The notes under the pieces were generated by a model. The model saw only the letters and a program-made list of their open reading frames with translations, was not told the origin of the DNA and searched no databases. From the NCBI GenBank assembly GCA_964234715.1, contig OZ174275.1: a stretch of 64,000 nucleotides of DNA; one strand, written 5' to 3'. The position numbers and the translations under genes are program-made. The stretch is from Podarcis melisellensis. Its lineage: Eukaryota. Shown in pieces: positions 34,901-48,800 of the stretch. Each line of letters starts with the position of its first letter. Positions within the stretch are counted from its first letter, which is position 1.

Positions 34901-35513
34901 TATGAATAACCATTAGTGAACTGGTTTAACCCAAGGGGCCTGTGTTCTCTATGCCCGATGAAATGCCAAAGGCTGCGCAGACAAATATTTGCTGGACTGA
35001 TGTTAAGCAAAAAGCCAGGGGAAACTCCTAGCTTGCTTCTCCTGTATGTTAATCCTCTTTATTATATGCTAACCTGAATCTATTCCCTGCAGATCATGGA
35101 TGTGGAATCTTCTTCATGCTGTTAATTTAGTTCTGTTTGTGTAAAACAGATCTGGTTTGCTGAAATAGTGTGCATTCATTGCAATTCGGTCGTTAAAGAT
35201 ATTGATCACAGAAAAAGTCATCTGCATGTTTACTTGGGAGCAACTGCCATTGTACTGTTACTTCTGAGTGTGCATGCATAGAATCAGGTGTACAGCTTCC
35301 TTAAGAATACATATGCAGAAGCAGGTGTGGCTGAAACTGATGGGGCTTCTGTAGGAATAAATATGGTCAGTACTGTGTGCTAACATCAAGGCTCCCCCCC
35401 CCCCCGCTGGAACTCACCTGAACTCAGTTCTGGCACCTCTCAGGTGGATGCCATTGCCATTATAAGAGAACAAGGGAGGCATTCACGGTGAATTCCGGCA
35501 CCTCTTTTTCCAT

Positions 35514-35750
35514 AAGAAGAAGAGTTTGGATTTGATATCCCGCCTTTCACTCCCCTTCAGGAGTCTCAAAGCGGCTAACATTCTCCTTTCCCTTCCTCCC
35601 CCACAACAAACACTCTGTGAGGTGAGTGGGGCTGAGAGACTTCAGAGAAGTGTGACTGGCCCAAGGTCACCCAGCAGCTGCATGTGGAGGAGCGGAGACG
35701 TGAACCCGGTTCCCCAGATTAGGAGACTACCGCTCTTAACCACTACACCA
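35514..35750 (-). mobile_element. Squam3-like tRNA-derived SINE nested in a MITE remnant (35390-35758)
   Basis: Reverse complement TGGTGTAGTGGTTAAGAGC...GGGTTCACGTCTCC...gggtgaccttgggccagtcac...(CTT)n tail. Confidence 0.8.
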
Positions 35751-36352
35751 TAGCACTAAGTAACATGTATTTATTAATTTACAAAACATAACCAATACTT
35801 GCCTACAATGGATGCAAATATAGCTGGGGTATTTCGTGTCTATTTCGTTGTATTAAATTACAGTTGATCTTAGGGGTGAATATAAAACATCCCACCCCAT
35901 AAATCCTGCTTCAAATTAAGTGCTTGCTAGATCCTAAGACTTTGAAAGGGAAAGCTTTGCATAATGGAAACTAGTGGAATTGAAAAAAATAAAAAAATCC
36001 AGTGCAAATACCTAGGGAGTGTTTGAAAGCTTTACCTGCAGAGGTTAAGCTTCAGTGCAAGAATTTAAATGAACTCACTTGAAGCCATGTGCCAAATAAG
36101 CTCATCAAAATTCTGCATCTCCTAAGTAGGAGATGGTGTCTTCGACATGTTGCATTCTTTTGAGGTAGTGGCTAAAAAGAAAAGTGATGAAGGCAATCGT
36201 TGCCTTTCCTCTTTTGCTTCTTCCCTTTTTCCTGCTATAGCTTTTTAAAACAGAGAATGAAGTGACTTTTGTTGCCTCGAGATATCCTAGGTCATTGTAT
36301 GGATCAGTAAAGGTTCCCTGACAGTGTTTCCTCCCTATCTTAAGCCAAGAAT

Positions 36353-36970
<618 letters not shown>

Positions 36971-39900
36971 TGGCTCTCCCCTTCCTTAGAAGAAGCTCAG
37001 AGGCTAGGTGACTAGCCTATTGAATAAAAATAATATCAAATATTAAATAAAGACAATAAATATTAGTGCAGGGGAATCTCTATTGGCCTTAGGATTCCCT
37101 CCCTCCCTAGAACTTGGTGTTTCGCAAGGGGAGAAAATGTGCCTCAAACAGCCGAATTAGGATAAAATGCAAAGGAACTTTAGAAAGAACTTTTTTTTTT
37201 TACTGCGAATAAGAAAGAAAATAAATAGCAGGGCTTCGCTAGTATCAGTGCTTCCATTTCATAGATATATATCCTGGTTACACTTTGTACAAGATAGCAA
37301 CAGGACGCATTAAAGTTCCAGTATGAGGCAGGATAGTAACTGGTTAAAACTCCCAAGGCACAATTGGGGCAGTGCAGAAAACATCAATGGTAAGCAGTAT
37401 ACATTTTCATGTCTCTCATTTTGCAGCAGTATATCCATACAGAATATAAATAGAAAAATAACATAGGTATGTATCTTCAAACAAGCGTCACGTAACCCTT
37501 CTGTCCAGTACTGATGGGTTAAAAATGCAGAAACTATTTACAAAAGATTTTTGGTTTGCAACTTTTTTTATTTATAAAGAGGCTTTATTCTGTTTAACTT
37601 CTCGTATGTTCTTGTATGTTTTATGGGTTGTAGACAAAGGAAGGTGCTGAAACCTGGCCTCCTCCATGTTTGTATGTAAAGCAGCTGGGGTTCATTTGAA
37701 GAAATGATGAATGAGAATGTAACAACTATATGGGCATCTTACAATATGAACAGGTGGCCTGTCAAGTTACAGCTGCCAGAGCTCTGTGTCTTCCTTGTGT
37801 GCACTGCATAAGGATCTGTCTGGGGCTGGAGGGTGTGTGTTTGTGTATTTCTGGATCTTGTGGTTGTGGAGGGAAGTCGGAAAATATCGGTGGTATCTGT
37901 TAAAAGCAAAGAGGCTGGATCCCCACAGGATTTCCATTGCAAGGGCACAGTCACGGAGGCTTACAGTTCTCTCACCATGACTGTCGTTATCTTCCAGGTC
38001 CCCAAACAACTGCACCCCCTCCTTCTGCTTGCCCCCCTGGGCAGCACAGTACAAGCTTAGCCCTCCCTGCTGAATTTTGCGTCTTGAAAGCAGACAAAAA
38101 TGTGGAAAGCAACCCTGTGGAAATACGTTGACATTTTTTTAGAATATCTGGAGAGGAGCTACGCTTTGCTACTCCCGAGTAGCAGCCTTGGCACAGTTTA
38201 GCAAGAGAGGGGCATGCTAGAGAACATAAGGGACCACTTGCCTATGGTTGGTGGTGCTTTTCTCTCCCAGTCCTTTTGCTTCTCCCATGGTAGTGCGGTA
38301 GCTACCCTGTTGCTTGCTAAAGAAAAGCAGGTAGCACTTAGCTGTCTGATCACTGGGAAGTTTCTCCTCTAGACCTGCATAAAATTGTGACAAGTAATAC
38401 TCCACCTCTCTGTCTCAGCTCTTCGGTCACATTGGATTTCTCGATTCTTGTCCTCACTGGGGTTTTGCTTATAAATAGGGTCAACTGGCTACTTTTCAAG
38501 GAGAGATGTTTCTTGATCTTGCAGCTGCAGGCTTGATTTTGAAAGGATAGCGTATGAATGGAGTCAGTGGTATCTGGTGCCCCATTGGGAGGTGGGGGGG
38601 GGGGAAGAGAAGGCAGAACCAGAGGCAATGACTAGGTGAGCCGACTAATTCTAGTTTTGTCCCCATCCTCCTCACTGCTGAGTTCTGCAAGGGGACCTCT
38701 GAGACTGAAGAGGAGGAAGCAGATAGGCAGGGCCACTCCCTGGACTGGATGTAAGTCAGAAGGCAGAGAGCTGGCAGCTGGCAGCCTGAGCTTGATTGTC
38801 CAATGTTCCATTGCCCCCATAGACCAGCCCCCACCGAAGCAAGCACAACTCTCTGGAAGAGACATTCAGATACATTTGCTTTCATAACACCCTGACTGGA
38901 ATGCCATTCATTCAATTTTCTTCGTATGCCGCTTTTCCACACACAAAAAGTCATGCTCACAGTGACTTACAACAAAGAAACGTGGGTGTCCTATACGATT
39001 GTGTTACATCTGGTGCCAGTGTTCACTTTTCTATATCAGATGAAGACAGCTCAGATCCATGTCAAACTCTTGCATTTCTGTCTTTCCATCCTCCATGGTA
39101 ACAATGGCTTAAGGCCAGCCCATTACTGAAATTTTTTTGCTGCCTGAGTTTGTTACCTTCGACAGAATCCTTGTTTGCCTTCTGCCTGATTCTTCCTCCC
39201 TCTGCAGCGTTTTGAAAACTTTTCAGACGATTCATGTGTTACACAACATTGTGACCCAAAGGAGTGCTCTTTGCATGCACCTGAATGTTCTTTAGTTAGC
39301 TTTTCAAAGATTGCCCTTGCAGAACTCCCAAACTGCTTTTTAAACTCCTCCCAAGATTTTGTATGACAGCAGTTAAATTATGGGAAATTGTAAATAGTGC
39401 ACGACAGTCAATACTCCCCAGGTTTCCCTGTAAATTGTTTTTTTTTTACCCAAACTTTCAAAACTGCTTTTCTGAACTCAAGCCAAGTAAGAGGAAAGGG
39501 TGGGGGGAATTATTATTAGTACAGTCCCCAAGAACATCTTCCGGTACATGTAGAGAATGTATTTATGCTTCTTATGATTGTAGGCCACAGCCTGATACTT
39601 GCCTTGATATGCCCCTTCTAAATTGTACAGGCAGAGTAGCCCAAAAGGAAGCTGCATATTGTGGTCTAAATGGTCCTGTGGTATGTATCAAGACAGTTTC
39701 CGTATCTAATATCCTAACAGTAATCAAATAATGCTACTACTTCTAAATGTCTATGCTGTATCTTCAGATTAAACGAGCACGTCTGTAGTCTCAAAACATT
39801 TTTGCACCATTTAATCCATTCAGCAGTCAGGATCTGATCTGGCCAGGGTTACAGCGTTTGTTCTCAAGATATGAGACAACACATCAGAGCTAGCAGCCCG

Positions 39901-42879
39901 AGTCCCACTCTACATACTGTATGTGTAGCAGCTGACGGTAACATGCATCCCTGGTGGCATTGAAACCACTATCGGGTCAGTTCAACGGGGTTGCTTTGCA
40001 ATGCAAGTGGGGTGTGCATGGGTGCAGCAGCCCGTTTCTAGACAAAGATTTCTGTTGCTTTAATGGAGTAATAAGCTGTCCGTGCTGTGAATCAGTAGTC
40101 TTGGGTCGTTATTTTATTTGTTTATAGTGACTTGCACTAGTGTTAACTTAGGAGACGTGGTTTTTCCGGACAATACTGAAAGCAGCTTCATCCCACTTTC
40201 TGCTCAGCTGTTTCTTTTTGTTAAGGTTGTCCCATGGCTTTTTTTAATTACAGGTGTTCCAGCTTCCTTCATTGGCTTTTCCAGGTCCTGGAACAAGTGG
40301 TTCTGAGCCGATGAATTCATTCCTCATTAGAACTTTGTATGCGTTTTTACCGTCCAGAACCTCAGGACTTATATTTGGCGTGCAGAAATGCCTTTCCATT
40401 GTACATCAACTGTGGAAGTTGCTTCATTAGATAATGCTTTGGCATCAAAGTTGTGAAAAAGGTTGGGTGGGAATACAGCAGCTCATTAAATGAAGATTGA
40501 AGATGCAGGGAGTTGAGGTGCCCTGGTGTTTGGGGGCATTTGACTGGCAGTCTTGAAGGATGTGAATTTAAAATGTCACATTAAATGCTTGCCCTCTGGT
40601 CACCTCTAAGTGGGCCAATGAGCCTCTTTCTTCCCTACAAGATGCTATAAAAATGGACGCTCTTCAGCCATGTCAGCTGGTTGTAGAAGCTCCTGGTCAG
40701 TAGTTGCGTTTGGAAGTTTTCATTGTTTTCTCAAGTGGTTGGCCAGCAACCAAATTACTGCTGCTCCCTCGTTTTTCTCCCTCCTTGCCTCACCACCCCC
40801 GATTTCCCCTGCGCGGTTTTAAAACAACTCTGCAATTCTATGATATAAAAGGGGCACACTAGATGAGGTGGTGGGAAGACTCATTTCTTCTCTTTCTATA
40901 AACTGTTGTACGTATTCCTTCCTCCATATTAAATGGGTGGGGAACCACGACTGCAGGGGCCAAATGCAGCCTTCAGACCACCCTGTTCAGCCCTTGACCA
41001 GCCCTGCTCAGAGCCCTCCTTAAGTGCTTCTGCCCGGCTGGAACATGGTCTACAATACCAAGGCACAAAGAGTTGCATCCATTGCTTGCCCCACTTTTGC
41101 CACTGTGCCACACCCACCACTGGCACACAGCCCCCAAAGGTTTCCTCCTAAGGGAGTGTAACCCTTGGACTGAAGAGATTCCTCGCCAGCCACTACAAAC
41201 TTTGTGAGCCATTCCAGGAGATCTTTCCCTGTGTGTCACCTGAAGTGGCTGGAGGGCGAGGTGGATGGGGAAGACCGACATGCTGCAGATGAGGACACAG
41301 GAGGACGTTTCAAAGGGCAACAGGCTCTGCTTAGAATCAACTGTTTCATGTTTCTGGAGAGCTACCAGCTTCTTGTTACTCCCTCTTGGAATGGAGGTTG
41401 CTTTCCAACTTTTGCACCATTTGTTTGCAAGACATCTTGAGGGAATTTGTGTTGATGGCCAGCATGTGCTCAGTTTGCAGCCTGGTTCCTCTTAAGCTCA
41501 CTTTACCTAATTTGTTGACATGCTAAAACGATCACTGGCACACCTGCCGTTTCACTTATTCAAAGCTGCCAAAGAGACTTGAGCAATTGCTGCATGGATG
41601 ACATAGTGGCCTCCTCCAGTCAATGGTCACCAGTTGTGTGGGAAGGAGAAGAGAGAGGCAAGCAGGCAAAGACAACATCATGGTTTGGTTTTCTCCAGTC
41701 GGACCTATTCCCTCCTCCCCCACCAGCTCAGTCAGGGCCAACTTTACATTTTGCATCATTTATTTGTTCAATATTTAAAAAATCATAAATTGACTTGGGC
41801 TCCTTGGCAGAAAGTTGTTATATAAATGTAATAAATACATAAGTAGTAATGTGTGAATTTGGCCCTTGCAAAGGAAAAGTGAGGCTTGAACTGCATTTAA
41901 ATGTGTGGCAGTTTCACGCTTAGTTCTTCCTCTGCAACAACCGATGACACTTTTTGGTTTTGTCCCATCAGCTTCAGACCATCACGTCGGGTGGGCAAAT
42001 GCACAGGCTGTGACATCGGGGCACAGGTAGTTTGTATACAGAAGGGGAGAAGGGATTTATAAACATGTGGTTGCTGTTTTAATGGCAGCCGTGTAATAAA
42101 CTTAACACGTACTTCCAATCTGACCTAGAGTATTATTATTTTTTACACCGTTTGTTATCGGAGAATAGGCCCTTCCAGAGTTGCCACTTTGGTTTACGGG
42201 TGGACTGATTGTGTGCTCTGTGTGATCATGCAGGAATGCTGGCTTAAAAGAAGAAGTCAGAAACCATTTGCCAGGTGCGCAGAAAATGCTGTGTCCCACC
42301 CCTTTGTTGAATGCATCAGCAGAGTGATTCTATTTTCCTATGCATCATTAAACTGTGCAACTAAAATTGTGCACTGAGGTTTTAAGGCAACCATTCTGCA
42401 CCCCCTACGTCAGGGTTAGCTAACATGGGCCCCTCTGTGTGTTGTGGACTGCAAGTCCTATCAGTAACAGGCTAGGCAATAGTCAGGACTGATGGAAGTT
42501 GTAGTCTAAAACTTCTGGGAGGGGCACCATGTTGGCCACCCCTGCCTTACATAATTACCAATATATTCCAAATACTGCGGTGTAAGCCAGATACATTGGT
42601 AACGTCTCTCCCCCGCCGCATCAAACACCCCCCAAAAGATTTAAGTTTTAAGGCAACCACTCTCCCCACCCCCAGAATTACCAGTATATTCTAAAACACT
42701 GGTAACATTCCTTCCTTAAGTGCCTGAAATAAGATGATAATTATCACCACCATTCAATAATACCAAACTTACAAGCTTCAAAAAACAAACAAAAACTATA
42801 TTAAGAAACCCCCAGAATCTTCATAGTGCTCTTTGAAAACTTGTCATGATGGAAGAGAGAGAGAGAGAGAGATGCTGGA

Positions 42880-45800
42880 TCACACAGTGCTGCTGGTTTC
42901 TCCACTCGAAAATTCCCCCGATGCTCTGGGCAAGGTGAACTTGACATACCTGCCCCTCTCCCACCCGTTCCTGATGCGCCGCAGTCTTTGGTTCATACAA
43001 GGGAGCTGGAAGAAGAGTTTGGCCAGGATCACAGCACACGGTACCAGCAGCGTGAGAGTAAAGGTGGGAGGCAGGTAGAACTTGTACTGGCTTTCATCAA
43101 AGGCCCTGGTCCAGCCGTAAGTCAGGGTGTGCAGAGTGCTGATCACCAGAGCGACAAAGCCAAGGGAGGACTGAAAAGGGGAGCAGAAGAAGAACAACAA
43201 CATTGTTTTCAGTGACGTGGCTGGAATTGGGTACTCTTGTTTCCCCAAGCGTTGCTTATCCTTTGTATGTAGCTGTATCCTACCCAATGCTACAGTCCAA
43301 TACAGTACACAATTCCTTGGCTGCAAGTCCCACTTTCCTCAGTGGGATTTACTTCTGAGTAAGCACAGGGTTGGGATGCACCTGAGCAGCAAGCAGCTTT
43401 GAAATGCACCTTATCCCCAAAGGCGGCCCTCCATCCAGGTCAAGTAAGTTTTAATTAGGTCCGAAACCAATGAAAATTATGATTAGTAGCCATGTGAATG
43501 TGCGTCAATAGAGCAAGCATGACAGGTCCCTGAATGCTAAAATAAGGGAAAGCAGATGGAGGGGGAAATGGAGGCGTACAGGCAATATGTGCTTATGTCA
43601 ATTAGGTATACTTTAGCTTTGTCACAATAAGGGACACAGACTTGGAGAATGAGGGGGGCGGGCAAATCCAAAAAGAACAAGAGATTGGAAAGAGAAAATG
43701 AATAGGAATGATAGCATGATGGGGAGGGTGGGTGGGTGGATGACCTAGTATTTGAAACAGGTGTATCTATTGGGACCTCCAACAAGGTGCATGTGGGTTC
43801 TCTGGGGCTCCTGGCATCCTGAGCAGCCAACTGGACAAAGCCACTACACCTGAATGGCCCTGATTTACCTCCTCCTAACCAAACTGCTAAGCTGTTGATT
43901 TCAATGTGATGTAGTTATAACTAATTTGAGTGGGATAGGAGCTAAAATGGGTAATGCTGACATTGTTGTTGTTGTTGTTATTATTATTAGGCCAGATTCT
44001 GTTGATGGGAATATATGAGCTTCTAGGGCATGGGTAGGCAAACTAAGGCCCAGGGGCCAGATACGGCCCAATCGCCTTCTCAATCCGTCCCGCGGACGGT
44101 CCAAGAATCAGCGTGTTTTTACATTAGTAGAATGTGCCTTTTTATTTTAAATGCATCTCTGGGTTATTTGTGGGTCATAGGAATTCATTCATTACCCCCC
44201 CCCCCCCAATATAGTCCGGCCCTCCACAAGGTCTGAGGTACAGTGAACCGGCCCCCTGCTGAAAAAGTTTGCTGACCCCTGTTCTATGGCATTTTACTTG
44301 GGCAGAATGAAGCTACTCTTTTCAAATTCCCAGACTCTCACAGCGGATTGGCCTGATCATATGAGCTGCCCTTACATTTACATTCCTGGTCAAAGGCTGG
44401 CAGAAAGTAATCAGGTCCATTTGCCAAGTAATCAGGTCAATTTTAAGTAATGATTTGTAAAAGTTTACAGCTCCCTTTATGCAACCACCACCACAGTGAA
44501 GCAGTTTTAACACAAAACACTCTAGCTATAGGTATGGAACAACTGTAACACAAGCCTTTCTTTTCTTATAAATGAGCAAAACTCAGGCAGCTAAAATTCA
44601 GCCTAAAATAGATACAATGACTGGAGCAGGATACTTTCCAGTGATTTGCTTCTGATGAGTCATTGGCATGGATCCTAAGTTCCTGAATGTGGAACTCTGC
44701 TCATGAGATCCTGCTGCTGCTGGCGGCGATGATTTTTTTGCAGGTTCCCACTGTATGTCCTCTGCAAATCCACTCCAGAGTATAGAGGGGACGCTCCAGA
44801 ACAGCTTGGGGTATGTGCTGGGGGCTGCAGGGGAATTGATGTACGTAAATGGCCTCTCCCCTCTCTCCAACCCCTAACCTCTTTCTTCTAACAGGAAGAA
44901 TTGATGATTTGGGAGTCCCTTCTGTTTATGGAAGGGCAATTCCGTATCCAGACCACTGTCTTAGTCCAATGGCTTCCTTTAAAATAAAGAGCAGCACAAT
45001 CCTATGGATATTTGGTCAGAAGTAAATGGCCATTGGATTCCGTAGGGCTTATTATTAAGCAAGTGTGCAGTGGACTGTATCCTAATACACATGCATGGAA
45101 AATAAATTATTGATGTCGTTTGACAACATGCATGTCCTAGTAGAGATCTTCTAAACTAGTTTTTACACACACAAACACAAACTTTCACCACTGGGGGGCA
45201 GAGGAACAACAAAGTCCTCTGTTAGGGTAATGCAATGTAGAGAAACAAATAGCAAATGACGAAATGAAAAGGAAAATTAAAAAAAATGGATTTGAACTAG
45301 TATTGAACGTATTTTGTGCTGATATTTTCTATATTTAATATGGGGTGGCAGCCGCAAATCAGTTCTTAAGTGTCAAATCTATGCTGCAGAATTGTCTGGG
45401 GTCCAAAGAACCTCAACACTCATCCTGTGCACCAAAGGAACTTAGGGCTTGTACTTCTCAAACAGCAGCAGCAAATGGCTTGAGAAACCAAGGGGCTGTT
45501 CAAATGCTTTAATGTAGGGCATGGCTAAAACAGCTCTTGACCCTTCTTTTCAATCTTCTGAACTACTTTCATTACTTTTACTTGTTTTATGGTGAAAACA
45601 AAAAAAGGGAAAGTTTTTCCCAGCCACCCTGCACTGGAATGAGATTAGAAAAAACATCCCTTGCTTTTTATGTGAACCACAGCCTTGTTGTGTCTGGTTT
45701 GGCCCTGAGAACTGTCTTCCTCCCTCCCTCTCTAAAAACCCTTGAATTGCAGCACTTACCTGAATGAAACTGAATTCCCTCCAGTTGAGAGAGTTGGAGA

Positions 45801-48800
45801 TGGAAGGAAGTGAGGTTATGGCAAGCAAGGACAGCAAGCCCAAGGCCATGATGCCAAAAGAGATGTACACCTCCATCCTCCAGACTTCCTCCTCTACCCA
45901 TGGATCTGTTTTCTTCTCCACCTGAAGGAACAAGAGCAAAGGTGTGTAGGAGCAACAAAAGAGGGTTTAAAAGATACACACAGTTCGCTCTGTACCCATG
46001 AAGCATTTTCATGGGGTTTCTTTTCTTTAACAGCAGCAGCAGCCTGGTGGCCCTTCTGTCAAAGGTGGCAATGATTAAATTCTTCTGCGCCAGCACATGG
46101 CTGACTCCCATTCCAGTCTAGGCATTTAATTCTGCCATTGGCCTCTATCTGCTGCTGGTGCACCCTGCCTCCACTCCTGGACAAAATGAGTTTGCACCAA
46201 TGTTGTCCATCCAGCAACCTTATATTTCATCCATCGCCGTCACCATCATTTACAAGTTATATTTTGCAACTGCCACAAAGAATACCCTCTCCTGTGCTGC
46301 CACACTACCGAGGATGGTGGAATTATCAAGAAGGTAATCCTATCTTAACACTTGAGGGGGTCTCTGAGAAAGGAGGTAGCCTTTCAGACATTTTGGGGAC
46401 CGAATTGGGTCTGGACATTAATTTTATTTATTAAACAATTAAATTAAGTTCATCCGAAGATCACAGGGCAGTTCACAACATTAAAATACAAAAGAAAAGA
46501 ACACAAAATACTTAATAAAAACACCCCCCCCCCGTCCACAACACATTTAAAAGGATATAGGGGTTTATGTGTGTTCTAAATGGAAGCCAATCCCGTAACC
46601 TGGCTGCTGCGTTTTGGTCCAGCTGAAGTTCCCTAGTTGTTTTCAAGGCCAGCCACACTTGCAGCATGTTGCAACAATTCAAGCTGGAAGTTACAGTGGC
46701 TTCGCTTCTGTTCCAAAGGGCTGTAGCTGGTCAACTAGGAAACTTCAGCTGGTCCAAAATGCAGCAGCCATGTAACTGGAAACAGGCATTCCTAGCCACT
46801 GAGGTCCTCCAGTGACTCCAGGAGTACACTGAAGCTACAGACCTGCTCCTTCCAGAAGAGTGCAGCCCTGTTCACAGCAGACTGTCTTCCCACCTCTTGG
46901 ACCAGAGAATGTCAAATACGCAACACCTCTGCTGTATCAGCCACAATTTCTCACTGACCCCTGCAGGGCTTGCCAATAACTTGGCACCTCCATGATCAGA
47001 CCATGCTTTGCCATCGAAGGCTGCAATTAATATGTGAAATCAGCTCCAGTTTCGAGCCAAGTCCACAAGTGTCGCTCTCTGAATACTTGACTGCTCAGGG
47101 CTTAATGGGATTTGGTTTAAGTGCATTTAGGAGAGAAGCGTTCAGGCTAATGGAAGAAAAGAAATGGGATTTGTACTATATTACAGAGACTGACACTTAG
47201 ACCCAGCCATTTATTCCATTAAAATCAATGCGATACATGAAGCAAGGATGTTGCTCAGGGGAAAAAAAAAGAAAGAAACAACGCAAGAAAAGAGGGAAAT
47301 GGGCATCAACGGCTTGCAAGGGATTTATTTACAAGAATCACAGAAGAGAAATAAATGCAGCTGGAATTAAGAGGCTGTTGGGGGACTGCATCCCTTGCAC
47401 CGAATACAGCAAGGTGATCGGGAAGGAGGCTCAGACAATATTAGCAGGAATAAAAAAACTGAAAAGTGCTAACTCATTGCGGCATCTTGCATTCATCAGT
47501 ATTTCTTAGGCTGTGAGTCGAAAAATGCTAATGTGGAATATATTTCCACTAGCTGCACTGAAACTCCCATGCAATGCTTTGGGGAACGTAAGAAGATCGC
47601 TGCTATTAGACAAAAGGCCCGTTTCATCCAGCATCTTGTTTTCCGGAGTGGTCCATCAGCTGCTCATGAGAAGCCCCTGTAAGTAGGACATTGGCGACAA
47701 CAGCACTCTCCAATTTGTGATCTCCAGCAACTGCTACTTAAGAGACAGACAGTCTCTGATACGGGGGGGGGGGGGTTAGTATGCAGTTAGCATGATTCAT
47801 TGTCACTGGTAGCCTTATCTTTGATCAATCTGTCTAATTCTCTTTTTAAGCCGTCCAAATTGGTGGCCATTTCTATACCTTGTGATAATGAATTCCATAG
47901 TTTGTGTGTGTGTGTCCATTTTCCTCACATCAGGTACAGTTTTATACACCTCTGCCACGTCCACCCTTTCTTGCCTTTCCCCCCCTAAAATGAAAAAGCC
48001 GCAAACATTCCAACCTTTACTCCAAAGAAGAGTCGCTCCAGGCCCTTGGTAATTTTGATTGCCCTTTTCTGTACCTTCCCCACCCCCCCAGCTGTACAAT
48101 ACAGTGGTACCTCAGGTTACATACGCTTCAGGTTACATACTCCACTAACCCAGAAATATTACCTCGGGTTAAGTACTTTGCTTCAGGATGAGAACAGAAA
48201 TTGCACGGCAGCAGGAGGCCCCATTAGCTAAAGTGCTGCTTCGGGTTAAGAACAGTTTCAGGTTAAGAAAGAACCTCTGGAAAAAATTAAGTACATATCC
48301 AGAAGTACCACTGTATCCTTTCGGAGGTTTGGAGACCAGAACTATAGACAGTATTACAAGTGCAGCCGCAGCATAGATTTGTATAACACACTATGATAAT
48401 GGCAGCTTATTTTCCTAATGAGGGAATTTGCCTTTTTCTCAGCTAGTACACACAGTGGGGTTGGCATTTTCATCAAGCTATCCATCGTGATCCCAAGATC
48501 ACGATGGTCAGGCATATCTAGCTCAGAACCCCATTAGTGTACATGTGAAGTTATGGTTTTCTCCTCCAACCTGCATCACTTTACACTTGTTTACGTTGAA
48601 TTGCATTTGCCAATTTTACTGCTCATTTACCCTGTTTGGAAATATCTTTCTGCAGCTCCTTGCAAACCTGTTTTGTTCTTACCCAGCCTAAACAATTTGG
48701 TGTCATCAGCAAACTTGGCCACCTTACTAATCACCTCTAACCAGGCAGAGGGTCTTCTCGGTAGTGGCGCCCACCCCGCGGAACGCCCTCCCATCAGATG

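Noticed and set aside
37185-42879. Iron-responsive element (CAGUGH loop) in the STEAP3 3' region
   Set aside because: The minus-strand CAGTG hits inspected lacked the 5-bp upper stem with bulged C; manual scan only.
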